A stretch of DNA of 58,184 nt from positions 1 to 58,184 of the forward strand of contig NW_021834820.1 in NCBI RefSeq assembly GCF_006345805.1, written 5' to 3'. The DNA comes from Octopus sinensis. Taxonomy: Eukaryota. The stretch's first letter is position 1, and each line of letters opens with the position of its first letter. The notes under the pieces are model-generated. The model did no database searches, was not told where the DNA came from, and saw only the letters and a list, made by a program, of their open reading frames with translations. Position numbers and translations under genes: made by a program. Below, piece by piece: positions 13,339 through 25,623 of the stretch.

Positions 13339-13555
13339 TAGTTTTATTTTTATAGCGTGCTTTCACTTCACTACCGAGCGCAGCTCTGTGTGCCTTGGGT
13401 ATGTGCTGTGATTTGTTGTGATGCTCTGATGGTTATTGTATGGAAAGTGTTCTGCGTAGGATGTGTGCAGTGCCTAGTAGTGCAATTTTCTGTATGTTAT
13501 ATGTGTTTGTAAGTCCTGGAGTTTTTGTTATGTATTTGTCTGAATATTGTCTGAA
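13336..13555 (-). mobile_element. Dong/R4-type LINE 3' end in (TAA)n
   Basis: C-terminal peptide YNIQKIALLGTAHILRRTLSIQ*, typical of the R4/Dong ORF end; TAA-repeat target. Confidence 0.75.
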
Positions 13556-13634
13556 TATTATCATTATTATTACTATTATTATTATTATTATTATATTATT
13601 ATTATTATTATCATTATTATTATCATTATTATTA

Positions 13635-13680
<46 letters not shown>

Positions 13681-13684
<4 letters not shown>

Positions 13685-14180
13685 TAATTTCATGGCATGC
13701 TTTCACCTAATACAGCTCTGTGTGCCCTTGGGTATTAGTGTTTTCTTTTGGCTTTCGTTATTTTTACTGCATTGAAATTATTCTATGTAACATGTGTACA
13801 ATGCGTAGGAGTTCTATTTTCTCAATGTTGCTCATAATTGTAAGTTCCGGAGTTTAAGTTAAGCATTTGTCTGCAAATTTCGTTTTTTCTTTCATTCCCA
13901 GGGCGAAAACATTGTCGCATTGTTTCTACATTCAGGCCCCACATCTGGTGGGTCTCTATTTTCCAGTTCTTTATACTTTTCAATAATTTTTAAAAATTTC
14001 TTCGGGAGATACAACGTCATCTGTTGAGACTAACGTGTCGGTCAGGAGGCATAGTCCTTGAGACCGATATCTGGTCGATTGTCCTTGACATCCCTGCCTG
14101 TGTGTGTTTTTGGTTTATCTCACAGTATGAACGCTTTGTCATTCTCGTAAACATATGCTGATGCCTGATGCATACCTATA
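13681..14180 (-). mobile_element. Older decayed Dong/R4 fragment with restriction-like endonuclease motifs
   Basis: Frameshifted DNRPDI...CLLTD...KYKELE...HQMWGL. Confidence 0.65.
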
Positions 14181-14553
14181 CTACCTCTTCTTTTCTTCTT
14201 CTTATCATCATCCTCATAAACATCATCATCCATCATCATCATCATCAACACCATTCGCTTCTTCCTCGTCCTCCTTCCTCTTCTCATCATCATCATCATA
14301 ATCCTCGTTATCATCATCATAAACATTATTATTCATCGTCATAAACATTATTATTCATCGTCATCATTATCGTCCTCATTATTCTTCTTCATGTCATCAC
14401 CATTATTATTCTAATCCTCATCATCATCACCTTTATTATCATCATCATAGCCATTATTTATTATCAATCGCCACCATTATTGTCCTCGTCATTCTTCTTC
14501 TCCTTGTCATCACCATTATTATTCTAATCCTCATCATCATCATCATCATCACC

Positions 14554-14600
<47 letters not shown>

Positions 14601-14601
14601 T

Positions 14602-14949
14602 GAGTGAGAGAGCAGTGCATGCCATCAAAGTGACACTGGGGTAAAATATACGAAGCCCAATATACCCATCATGACTACCCGTCTGATAAGGGTACACCAG
14701 GCACATGCATCACAACCATGTTTGCGTGACATGGTGATCTCATATCAAGATAAACAGCACATGACCTTGCAGGTGGGGCCCAGTTAGAATTTTCTTCAGG
14801 TTGAGTAGCCTATCCCGCTCATACGGTCCCTGAATAAGGGTTGTTTAAGGATGTTGAAAAAACCACCCATGTTTTCAGAGGTGAATTATTCAAACCCCAA
14901 AGAATCCCTCTCAACACATGGCTATGATGCTCCCCCACTACATCAGGGC

Positions 14950-14953
<4 letters not shown>
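14602..14953 (-). mobile_element. Internally deleted copy of the (AAT)n-embedded element
   Basis: Same termini as 11817-12373 but lacks about 205 bp. Confidence 0.8.
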
Positions 14954-15036
<83 letters not shown>

Positions 15037-15305
15037 AATTGTCATCATCACCGACTATCAAAGTACAAAGAATCGAATATATAAACGAATCATCCAACAA
15101 TAAAGACCATCAGACAGTCAATCAAATCGTCCAACATACAGACCATCAAACGCACAATCAAAATACAAGCCATCAAACAAACAAACAAACACTCCATCAA
15201 ACAATTCATCAAACAAATACAAAGTCAACGCCAACAACTTTAACAAAGACAACAACATTCGAAACAGTGGTGGTGGGTATGGTGGGAATGGAGAAAAGGT
15301 TTATA

Positions 15306-15480
15306 GAGGCGCAGAAGTGGCTGTGTGGTAAGTAGCTTGCTTACTAACTACATGTTTCCGGGTTCAGTCCCACGGCATCGCACCTTGGGCAAGTGTCTTC
15401 TACTATAGCCTCGGGCCGACCAAAGCCTTGTGAGTGGATTTGGTAGACGGAAACTGAAAGAAGCCCGTCGTATATGTATG

Positions 15481-15521
<41 letters not shown>

Positions 15522-15736
15522 TTGTGTGTCTGTGTTTTTCCTCCCCCCGACATCACTTGACAACCGATGCTGGTGTGTTTACGTCCCCATCACATTAGCG
15601 GCTCGGCAAGAGAGACCCGATAGAATAAGTATTAGGCTTACAAAGAATAAGTCCTGGGATCGATTTGTTCGACTAAAGGCGGTGCTCCAGCATGACCACA
15701 GTCAAAATGACTGAAACAAGTAAAAGAATAAAAGAA
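15306..15736 (+). mobile_element. SINE type A, full length (tRNA-like head, CORE-like domain, internal microsatellite)
   Basis: aggcgcag..gtggctgtgtggtaag...gggttcagtccc...caccttgggcaagtg...(TA/TG)n...gactgaaacaagtaaaaga; many copies in the window. Confidence 0.9.
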
Positions 15737-16140
15737 AAGAAAGACCGCCAAACTACGTAACACTTTCTGCAATAACGATGACCACGACAGCAACAACAAC
15801 AACAACAACAGTAACAACGACATCCCAGTCAACGTGGTCGCCACACTTGTTAGAAATAGCAGCTAAATCACACTCAAATCACTCTACACACTACTGCCAT
15901 AAACTATCGGACATTATACTTCAGGATATTCAAAACAAAGAGGAAAAAATAAAAAAGCAGACGGAATAGTCACAGCTGGAACTATTTCGATTGTAGGTGA
16001 TCTGCTCGATCAGGGCATGCCTTGGGCTAAATGACAACAAATATCTGGACAGCAGTGACAGCAGTACAGCAACAGCAACAACAGCTGCTGCGAAAATTGT
16101 TAATAACTACCAGGAATGATCAGAGACAAAGAGGATTAAA

Positions 16141-16203
<63 letters not shown>

Positions 16204-16220
16204 CAGCAGCAGCAGTAGTA

Positions 16221-16262
<42 letters not shown>

Positions 16263-17453
16263 ATGGTAGTGGCGATGATGATGATGATGGTAGTCATATT
16301 GTTGCTCTTGCTGTTGTTTGTATTTGTGATTATGATGTTGATGATGGTTGTAGTGGTGAGGGTGGTGGTCATAGTGGTGGTGGTGATGGTGGTGATGGTG
16401 GTGGTGATGGTGGTGGAGGTGATGGTGGTGATGGTGGTAATAGTGATGATAGTGGTGGTGGTGGTGGTGGTGGTGGTCGTCGTCGTCGTCGTCGTCGTCG
16501 TCGTAGTGGCGCTCATGCAGCAACTGGAAAAATAACGAGTGAAAGAAAACAGAAAGCACAAAAATCAAGAGAGGAGGAGGAGGAGGAGGCGGTAGTGATG
16601 GTGAATACCTCGATTATGGTGGAGGCTGTGGTGGAGATTGTAGTGATGGCGGTGTGGTGTGATGTCGATGGTGATGGTGGCTTGTAAGAAGAAATTCGAG
16701 ATCAACTCCCCTCCTCACCTCGTCCACACAATTCAAGATCCCACTCCGCTATACACAGCAGGGATCCTGGAAAGTATTCAACAACGTATCTTTACACACA
16801 CACACAAACGCACACGCACACACAAACACACACACACAGGCATGTTTCTACGTTTATGTGTGTGTGTGCACGATCTTAAACAAACAAACATGACTGAAGA
16901 AAGAAATAAAAAAGAAATAAAGAAAATCAAGAATGACTGGAAAAGATGTAAAAAAAAGAGTGAATGAAAGGCACAAAGAAAGAAACATGCGAAGAAAGCG
17001 ATTGAGTAAGAAAATAATGACAACATATGGTTTTGTTTTCTCTTAAGCCCCATCTACTTATAAGTTATCATAATGACTTATCAGCTGGCGTTGATGAAAG
17101 ATTCTTCCCGAAACGTCAGATATGTTTTCATCTTCCTCCAGGCGTAATATTTATTTATTTATGTTAGTTTGTAAATTTTGTATTGCAACTGAAGTAAAAA
17201 AAAAACAAGTGAAGCTGAAGAGATGTGGAGATGGAATTAAAGCTGATAAAGATAAAAACTTGTTTCGGAGAACGGCTAGGGTTAAAAAACGATTTAGATT
17301 ATACATACGTGAGTGTATAAGGTTAGAAAGGTCCGTTCGCAACCTCGAGGCCGGGAGTCCTGCGGCATTGCGCAAAGCCCTGCGTAAATGTTTTTGATTA
17401 GTCAACACGTTAATGAAATTCGGCATATGGAAACCGAGCAGAATCCCGTCCTG

Positions 17454-17502
<49 letters not shown>

Positions 17503-18014
17503 TATATATATATATATATGTATATGTATATATGTATATATATATGTATATATATATATATATGTGCGTGTATATAGATATATATGTGTGTGTGCGTGTG
17601 TGTGTGCGTATTTATGTACAAAGTAAGATAGGGGTTATGGGTGTAACCCACTATGGTATATCAACCTTAGTATCGTTGACATCTATAGGCAATGAAAATT
17701 AGATTTACTTTTGATCATAGGCTGAAACAGCTGTAAGAAGTAATTTTTAGGATTTTAAAACCTGTATTTGTATTATTATCTTATCTATTGATTTATATAA
17801 TATTTTTGTATGCTTTTGATGTTCTCATTTGTAAAATGAATAAATAATTCAACATTATAATATCCGTAAGTTGATGAACAAACCAGATTTGTTTCTCCAT
17901 TTTCTTATTTGTATTATATATGTATGTATATATATTACATATATATAATATATATATATATATAAACACATATATATATATACATACACACATATATATA
18001 TATACACACACACA

Positions 18015-18078
<64 letters not shown>

Positions 18079-18102
18079 TATATGTATATATATATACATA
18101 TA

Positions 18103-18141
<39 letters not shown>

Positions 18142-18142
18142 G

Positions 18143-18177
<35 letters not shown>

Positions 18178-18389
18178 TGTGTGTGTATGTATATATATAT
18201 ATATTATATGTGGTGTTTATATATATATATAAATGCGAAACCGGTCTTTCGTTAAAAATTATAAAATTATGTCATTATAAGAAAGGAAAAAAATTTTTCC
18301 AATATTCTCCAGACTTATTGACGCAAATATATATATTCTTTAACATTTAAGCCTTCTGTCGTTTTTTCACTCTTTACTATTTTCTTATA

Positions 18390-18488
<99 letters not shown>

Positions 18489-19080
18489 GTGTTGTTGAAA
18501 ATGCACTTAAATTTCAAAAGCTTGTAAATTTAAAAATACATTTATTTACATATATACCAAACTAGTTTCAACAATATTTTTTTGTTTATCAAAGGTAAAA
18601 GTGTAAAATTAGAAAGTGTTGCTGAGGAAGTCACAGATGTGTGACGAAAGATTTCCGGATAATGGACATGAATTAAAATAAGTACAGTAATATCACGGAT
18701 GAAGAACGAATATACAGTGCGTGTGTTTATTTGGCAAAAAAAAAAGACCGTCCCGAAATACAACAATATGTCTATTTTTTTTTTACGCATATACAAACAT
18801 TATGTATGTCATTAAACTATCAGTTTACCATTTCATTTCTTTATGATTACATTTTTTTGTTATTATAAATATGAAATAACATATATCCGCTGAGTTAATT
18901 GAATTCAGTTATAAATATCTAATTACATCTTTTCGCATAGTTAATTAAAACGTTCTTTAAATCCACCTTATTAAATTACATTTTATTTGAATACGTAAAA
19001 AAGATTTTCCCACCTCTTAAGTTAGCTATGCTTAGCTGAATATGTTTCAACGAGAGCGAAACATTGAGTAAGATTTAGTA

Positions 19081-19407
19081 GAAGCACTCCGTCGGTTACG
19101 ACGACGAGGGTTCTGGTTGATCCGATCAACAGAACAGCCTGCTCGTGAAATTAACGTGTAAGTGGCTGAGCACTCCACAGACACGTGTACCCTTAACGTA
19201 GTTCTCGAGGATATTCAGCGTGACACAGAGAGGTACAACAGAAACAGGAAGTAAGAGTGAGAGAAAGTTGTGGTGAAAGAATACAGCAGGGAACACCACC
19301 ATCCCTGCCGGAGCCTCGTGGAGCTTTAGGTGTTTTCGCTCAGTAAACACTCACAACGCCCGGTCTGGGAATCGAAACCGCGATCCTATGACCGCGAGTC
19401 CGCTGCC
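19081..19407 (-). mobile_element. SINE type B, tail i (internal deletion)
   Basis: Reverse-complement match to 11145-11516. Confidence 0.9.
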
Positions 19408-19495
19408 AGTTGTCACCGTACTTGCCAAAGATTAGACTCACTTGTCTTCGCATTCTATTTTTAACTCATTTTAATTCTTTTAAATTCCGTCTGGC

Positions 19496-20205
19496 CAGAA
19501 CTGGATTAACCGTTCACCAAAATAAGTACGTGCTTAGAGTATCAAGAGAGGTGGGTGGTACCAAAGAAAGGATAAATGGTTTACGGCACAAAAGAAATCT
19601 CTTAGAACTTGTTAAAATAATATTCAGGATGCTAAATATAGAAGCGTGGAGGCGCAATGGCCCAGTGATTCGGGTAGTTGACTCGCGGTCGGAGGATCGC
19701 GGTTTCGATTCCCAGACCGGGCGGTGTGTGTGTTTATTGAGCGAAAACACCTAAAGCTCCGCGAGGCTCCGGCAGTGGGTGGTGGCGACCCCTGTTGTAC
19801 TCTTTCACCCCTACTTTCTCTCACTCTCTCGTCCTGTTTCTTGAGTAACGCTGCGATGGACTGGCGTCCCGTCCAGCTGGGGGGGAGGACACATACGCCA
19901 CAGAAACCGGAAAACCGGGCCCATTGCGCCTGGCTAGGCTTGAAAAGGGTGCATAAATAAATGAATGAATAAAAATATAGAAGAAGATGTGTTACGCAAG
20001 ATAAATTTTGAGGATCTGACCAAAGACTTTTCAAATAAAAATGAATTGGACGTATACAAAAATAAATATTATCTTCCTTCTTACCGCCAGTTTTGTTTCA
20101 GTTGGAAAAATAAATATTCATTTTATGATTTAATACTGTTTATATTTTAAATTACATACTGTCTTTTAAACACCTAAGACCTCTATGAGTCTTAATCCGA
20201 CTCTG
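19496..20205 (+). mobile_element. Old hAT deletion derivative split by a SINE
   Basis: TIR-like CAGAACTGGATTAA / TTAATCCGACTCTG. Removing the SINE restores MLNIEEDVLRKINFEDLTKDFSNK, which resembles a hAT C-terminal end. TSD only 5/8. Confidence 0.55.
19647..19972 (+). mobile_element. SINE type B, tail ii, inserted in a hAT remnant
   Basis: 11-bp TSD aaatatagaag (19634-19644 and 19973-19983). Confidence 0.85.
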
Positions 20206-20553
20206 CGCCACGCCATAGTATTACCTGGCTTTACTGACCAAAATAATTCTTGAGGATAACAACTGGTAACTTTTTCTAGCTTTATTATCAAAATGTTTTG
20301 AGCTTTATTAGCAAAATATTTTAGTCCATATTTCGTTTTTGGATTTGGTTTGCAAGATTCTTTATATGAGTTCGTGTGTTGAAGCATATTCTGTTGTGTC
20401 TGGGGAGATTCATTTTCTTTTTGTGCCTTATAATGTAACACACTCACCGGTAAAATTTCCACTTATTTCTTATTTTTATTTTCCTAAAATTTTCGTTGCG
20501 TCTTGCAACCTTTTCAACCTAGTCAAATGAAATCATCAGGAAGCTTGCTCAGT

Positions 20554-20627
20554 TGAGTCGGGGTTAACCACAGTAAATAAGGTACTCAATATTGAGTACC
20601 TTATTTACTGTGGTTAACCCCGACTCA
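20554..20627. repeat. Perfect 74-bp palindrome with no spacer
   Basis: 20554-20590 is the exact reverse complement of 20591-20627. Confidence 0.95.
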
Positions 20628-20734
20628 CCCGGGACCTACATATTATATATATATATATATATATATATGTTTGTGTGTGTGTGTGTGTGTGTGCGCAGGT
20701 GGCCGTGTGGTGTGTGTGTGTGTGCGTGTGTATA

Positions 20735-20885
20735 TATACGACACAGTTTCCTCTAGCAAATTCACTTATAAGCCATTGGTCAAGCCGGAGATATAATAGA
20801 TGCCATGCCATCCGATGGAAGTGAACCCGAAACCATGTGGTAGCAAAGTGAGCTTCTTAACCACGCAGCCATGTCTGCGCCTACA
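20735..20885 (-). mobile_element. SINE type A head, diverged
   Basis: gaacccgaaaccatgtgg...ttaaccacgcagccatgtctgcgcct. Confidence 0.7.
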
Positions 20886-21113
20886 CATACACACACATAG
20901 ACACGTATGCGTGTGTGTGTGTGTGTGGAAAAACTGTTTCCGAAACTAAATCCTTGACACCATTAAGTATCATCACTTCCTGTTGATATTTGGCTCTCTA
21001 TTGGTTTCTATATTTTAACAGGTGCCCATCATGAAAGGCACCAATATCACATGATCTCTTCCAGTAATCTTTACACACGCACACACACACTTTCTCTCTC
21101 CCTCTCTCACCCC

Positions 21114-21145
<32 letters not shown>

Positions 21146-21719
21146 TCTCTCATCTGTGCTGATTAAGCTCCAAATTATTCATCAGCGAATATCCTCATGC
21201 ATTACGATAATTGGCGCATGTATGAATGTAAGGATAAAGTTGATGGAGGTAGTGGTGGTGATAGGGGCGACGACATCTATGGTGGTGTTGGAGGTGGGGA
21301 CGACGGTGTCGGCAGTAGGTGGGGGTACGGACTTGGTTGGTGGTTTGACGGACTTAGTGAGAGGGTTTGTGACGGACTTGGTCGGGAAAGATGGGGATAG
21401 ATGGGTTTGACGGTGGTCTGTGGTGTCGTTGATAAGTGTATTCAGCGACAGTTGTCTATGGTTGTCACGGTAGCAGCGTTGTCGGATGGTGATGGCGGTG
21501 GTGGCATCGATGGGATCAGTTGGAAGTGGCGGTGACGAAGCCGGTGGTGGTGGTAGTGGTGCTGGTGCTGGTGCTGGTGCTGGTGCTGGTGGTGCTGGTG
21601 GTGGTGATGGTGGTAGCGGCGTTGGCAAGCGTTTGCGGTTGTAAGGGTTAGGTGATGGTGACGGCATTGGTGATGATGAGGATGAGGAGGAGGAGGGGTA
21701 TAGTGTTGATATCGGTTTT

Positions 21720-21927
21720 AAATTTTGGTACAGGGCCAGCAATTTCCGGAAAGGGGCTAAGTCGATTACAGCGATCCCACTGTTCAACTGGTATTTGTTT
21801 TATAGACTCCGAAAGGATGAAAGGCAAAGACGACCTCGACGGAATTTGAACTCAGAACCTAAATACGGACGAAATACCGCTAAGCATTTTGCCCGGCCTG
21901 CTAACCATTCTGCCAGTTCGCCGCCTT
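21720..21927 (-). mobile_element. SINE type E (MetaSINE-like central domain)
   Basis: Minus-strand head GGCGGCGAACTGGCAGAA...GAGTTCAAATTCC, then GCCTTTCATCCTTTCGG.GTC.ATAAA. Confidence 0.8.
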
Positions 21928-22944
21928 ATTCTGCCGTGATTGTGTTGGTGGTGGTGGTGGTGGTGGTAGAGACAATACTGGTGTCGGTAGTGGTGTTGGT
22001 GTTGGTGGTGGTGGTGGTGGTGGTTGCTAGTAGTAGTAGTGGTTGTGGTGGTGGTTGTGGTGGTGGTGGTGGTTGCTAGTAGTAGTAGTGGTTGTGGTGG
22101 TGGTTGTGGCGGTGGTGGTGGTGATGGTGGTGGTAATAATGATGGGTATAAAATTGGTCGTAATTGTAATAGTCAATGTCGTGGTTGTGGCGTTGGTTAT
22201 AGTGATGGTAAAGATGCTGATGCCGATGATGATGATAATGATGTGAAGGAGGCGGAGGAAGAGGACATGGGGGGGTTGAGAAGAAGATGAAGAGGATTAT
22301 ATCGATGGCGATGGTTGTAAGTGATAGGGATACTCTATTCGTGGTAATGCTGGCAGTGTTGATGATGATGATGATGATGATGATGATAATGAGTGGGAGA
22401 AGGAGGAGAAAGAGGAAGATTCTGACGATGGCGATGGCGGCGGCGGCGACGGTAAGGACCAGGAGAAGGATGAGGAGGAGACGAAAGAGGAAGGACATTA
22501 CGGTGATGGCGATGGTTGTGGTGGTGATAGTGATGCTGCTGCTGCTGCTGCTGCTGACGATGACGATGACGACGACGACGACGACAACGATGATGACGAT
22601 GGTGATGACGGCAAAGCCGACACTGACGATTCCCTATGATAATTACGTAAGGTATAAATGATAATGTCGACGGTCAAGATGGCGGTTATGGCAACGGCGT
22701 TAATGGCGACGGTGTTAATGGCGACGGCGGCTTGCGCACATATCCTACTGAGTCTCGTTGGGGAAGAACAGTGATAACTTTGTCTTCGTAAGCTTGTTTT
22801 TATTGTTATTTTTGCTGTGGTTTGATTTGGGTTGTTTTCTTCTTGCAATACTAAATATATACGTTCATTCATTCATTATTTATCTTGCCGACGGCGCCTT
22901 TATTACCATTATTTAACTTTTAAACAATTCTCTTTCTCTAAGCT

Positions 22945-22988
<44 letters not shown>

Positions 22989-23084
22989 GTGTGTGTTTGT
23001 GGTGTGTGTGTATATATATATTATATATATATTTATATTTTTGTTATAGCCAATATATATATTATATTATGTGTGTGTATATAT

Positions 23085-23137
<53 letters not shown>

Positions 23138-23138
<1 letters not shown>

Positions 23139-24560
23139 TGGCAGAGACACCCGGCGTTGCTCGGGATTAAAATGCCATAGTGTGTATAGAATATATTACA
23201 GTTATGTTGAAACATGTGATATAGGAAAGTGCAGCATTGACAACAAAACATTTGTGGAGTAAATGATGGTCTAATTCGACTAAGCACCATGCTATGCGTC
23301 CGTTTGGGGTATTTCAGGCCCTAACCTGTGGGGGCTATGTGATTTTTGAACGCACCGAGAAGCTGTCAATAGATATACTCTCTTTTGCAGCAGTCGGCGC
23401 TGTGTCTAACACGACCTATCATTTGAAATGTTGACACCTCCTTCGGGTTTGTTGTCCTACATCACTCATAAAGTGAATTTGGAGGAACTGTGGTTGTTCA
23501 TTTGAGGTGATAGACTTGCCCTTGAACTTTGACGTCGTCGTAAATTCATGTTTATCTATCTTCTTAGATGCAACAAACGATATCATTTGCAGAGTTGTAT
23601 TGTCTGATATTGTTCAGAAAATCCTTTGACCTGATGGAAATGCCTTCTAGAAGATCCATAAGAGGTTGAGAAGGAGCCGGTAGTGTTGGTAATGTGACCT
23701 GGCCGCTTGAACGGCACATAACATTTGTTTCATTTGAAAATTTTAAAGCTCTACAAAAACATAATTTGTGTTTAGCAATCCAATTTGGACAGAGTTATTA
23801 TTTTTATAAGAATGGGATGGATTATATCTGAAAACAGCTTCAGGAGTTGTGAAGAACGAATTTGTACGTAGTCTGTTTCTAAGAGCTATTTTATTTGACT
23901 TCTTTCTAATCATTAAAACATTGATTTAATGATCCAGAATGAAATGCTGCAACTTGCATTTGCTGATGATGAGAAAATCTCATCTAGCTTCTATCTTCAG
24001 ACTCTCGCCTTCGGTTTTCTACAATCCTCCTTGCTTTATACTTGTTTCTGGAGAGATTACGTCTTTTCTTTGGTGGCATATTTTTACCAATATTGTAAAA
24101 AAAAATTATGAACATAGGAAGAAATTATACATTAATCCCAATTTTTGTAAGCAGTTGAATCCGTAAAAAATTTTATTTGGAGAAAGCAGAAATCGAAAGA
24201 AGAGAAAGCGAAAAGAACAAAAAAAGTAAAAGATTATGTACGTCTATATGAAATGGATGTGTGTGTGCACGCATGCGTGCGTACTTGCGCGTGTGTATGT
24301 GAGAGAGAAAGAGGGTCAGAAAGAGAGATAGAGTGAGTGAAGGTGTGTGTCGTAATGATTGATGTCTTTTAGGTAGACACACATACAGAAAATGTGGCAT
24401 CATCGTATAAAATTTTTACGATAGTTAATTTATGGAAAAGATTATTTGAAATGCAATTGTGTGAATGGAAATTAAGTTTAATTTGCAGCCAAAATAGTAC
24501 TGAATCTTTTGATACTCCATACGTCGAAATCTGTAACTCGGTTTTGGAAAGAATAAGGAA
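23138..24560 (-). mobile_element. Decayed Helitron with RepHel N-terminal coding remnant (about 23460-23850)
   Basis: Frameshifted EAVFRYNP...QIG...FCRALKFSNET..MC...GQVTLP...QPLMDLLEG...SKDFLNNIRQYNSA...KVQGQVYH...PQFLQIHF; 3' hairpin CCCGAGCAACGCCGGG and CCAG|T end at 23138. The 5' boundary is uncertain. Confidence 0.75.
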
Positions 24561-24562
24561 TA

Positions 24563-24962
24563 TCTTTATATATAAAAGTGAAGTTGTGTGTCTGTCTCCT
24601 ACGATTTAGATTCCTAACTACTCCCACATTTTGCGGTGCAGTTTAACCAAAACCGGGTATCTTATAGTCGTGATTCATATCGAGCCCTTCTGGGTATTAG
24701 CGCGCGTCTACGATGTGTCTACGATTTTTTAAAAAATTTACCATAATTTTTTTTCCATTTTAATGCATTTTTTCCGCTATTATATATGGGAAGTAACTCT
24801 CTAAAAATGTCTACGATGAGTCAACGATTTAAAAAAAAATTTACCATCATTTTTTTTCCATTTTTAATGCATTTTTTGGCTATTTTTTGGCTATAACTCT
24901 CTAAAAATGCTTATATAGTTATTTCCCTTACAAACCCGAGCAACGCCAGGTGATACTGCTAG
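24563..24962 (+). mobile_element. Non-autonomous Helitron
   Basis: A|TC 5' end, 3' hairpin, CTAG|T end, no TSD; second copy at 47562-47955. Confidence 0.85.
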
Positions 24963-25207
24963 TATAATATAATAAACAAATTAAAATATGATAACATGAA
25001 TGATATCTGAAAATGATATTATGAAGAGTGTGCTACTCACCCCCACACTGAGTAACACCACTCGCCGCCTCTGGGTCCTAAGTCCTTTTTCTCTTTCAGT
25101 CTAATTGTTTTCCCCTTTCTCCATCACTTAGTGACATCATTCTCTCCGCCATGCATTCGTAACCTTTTTCACCGGGGGGGGGGGTCTTCTAAATTTTGTG
25201 GTGTTTG

Positions 25208-25623
25208 TTACTCTCTTTTACTCTTTTACTTATTTCAGCCATTTGACTGCGGCCATGCTGGAGCTCCGCCTTTAGTCGAGCAAATCGACCCCAGGACTTA
25301 TTCTTTCTAAGCCCAGTACTTATTCTATCGGTCTCTTTTGCCGAACCGCTAAGTGACGGGAACGTAAACACACCAGCATCGGTTGTCAAGCAATGCTAGG
25401 GGGACAAACACAGACACACAAACATATACACACACATACATATATATATACATATATACGACAGGCTTCTTTCAGTTTCCGTCTACCAAATCCACTCACA
25501 AGGCATTGGTCGGCCCGGGGCTATAGCAGAAGACACTTGCCCAAGATGCCACGCAGTGGGACTGAACCCGGAACCATGTGGCTGGTTAACAAGCTACTTA
25601 CCACACATCCACTCCTGCGCCTC
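25208..25623 (-). mobile_element. SINE type A, full length
   Basis: Reverse-complement match to 15306-15736. Confidence 0.9.

Noticed and set aside
21010-21070. Acceptor-like ttttaacag followed by a short unique stretch
   Set aside because: Weak donor and no recognisable peptide.
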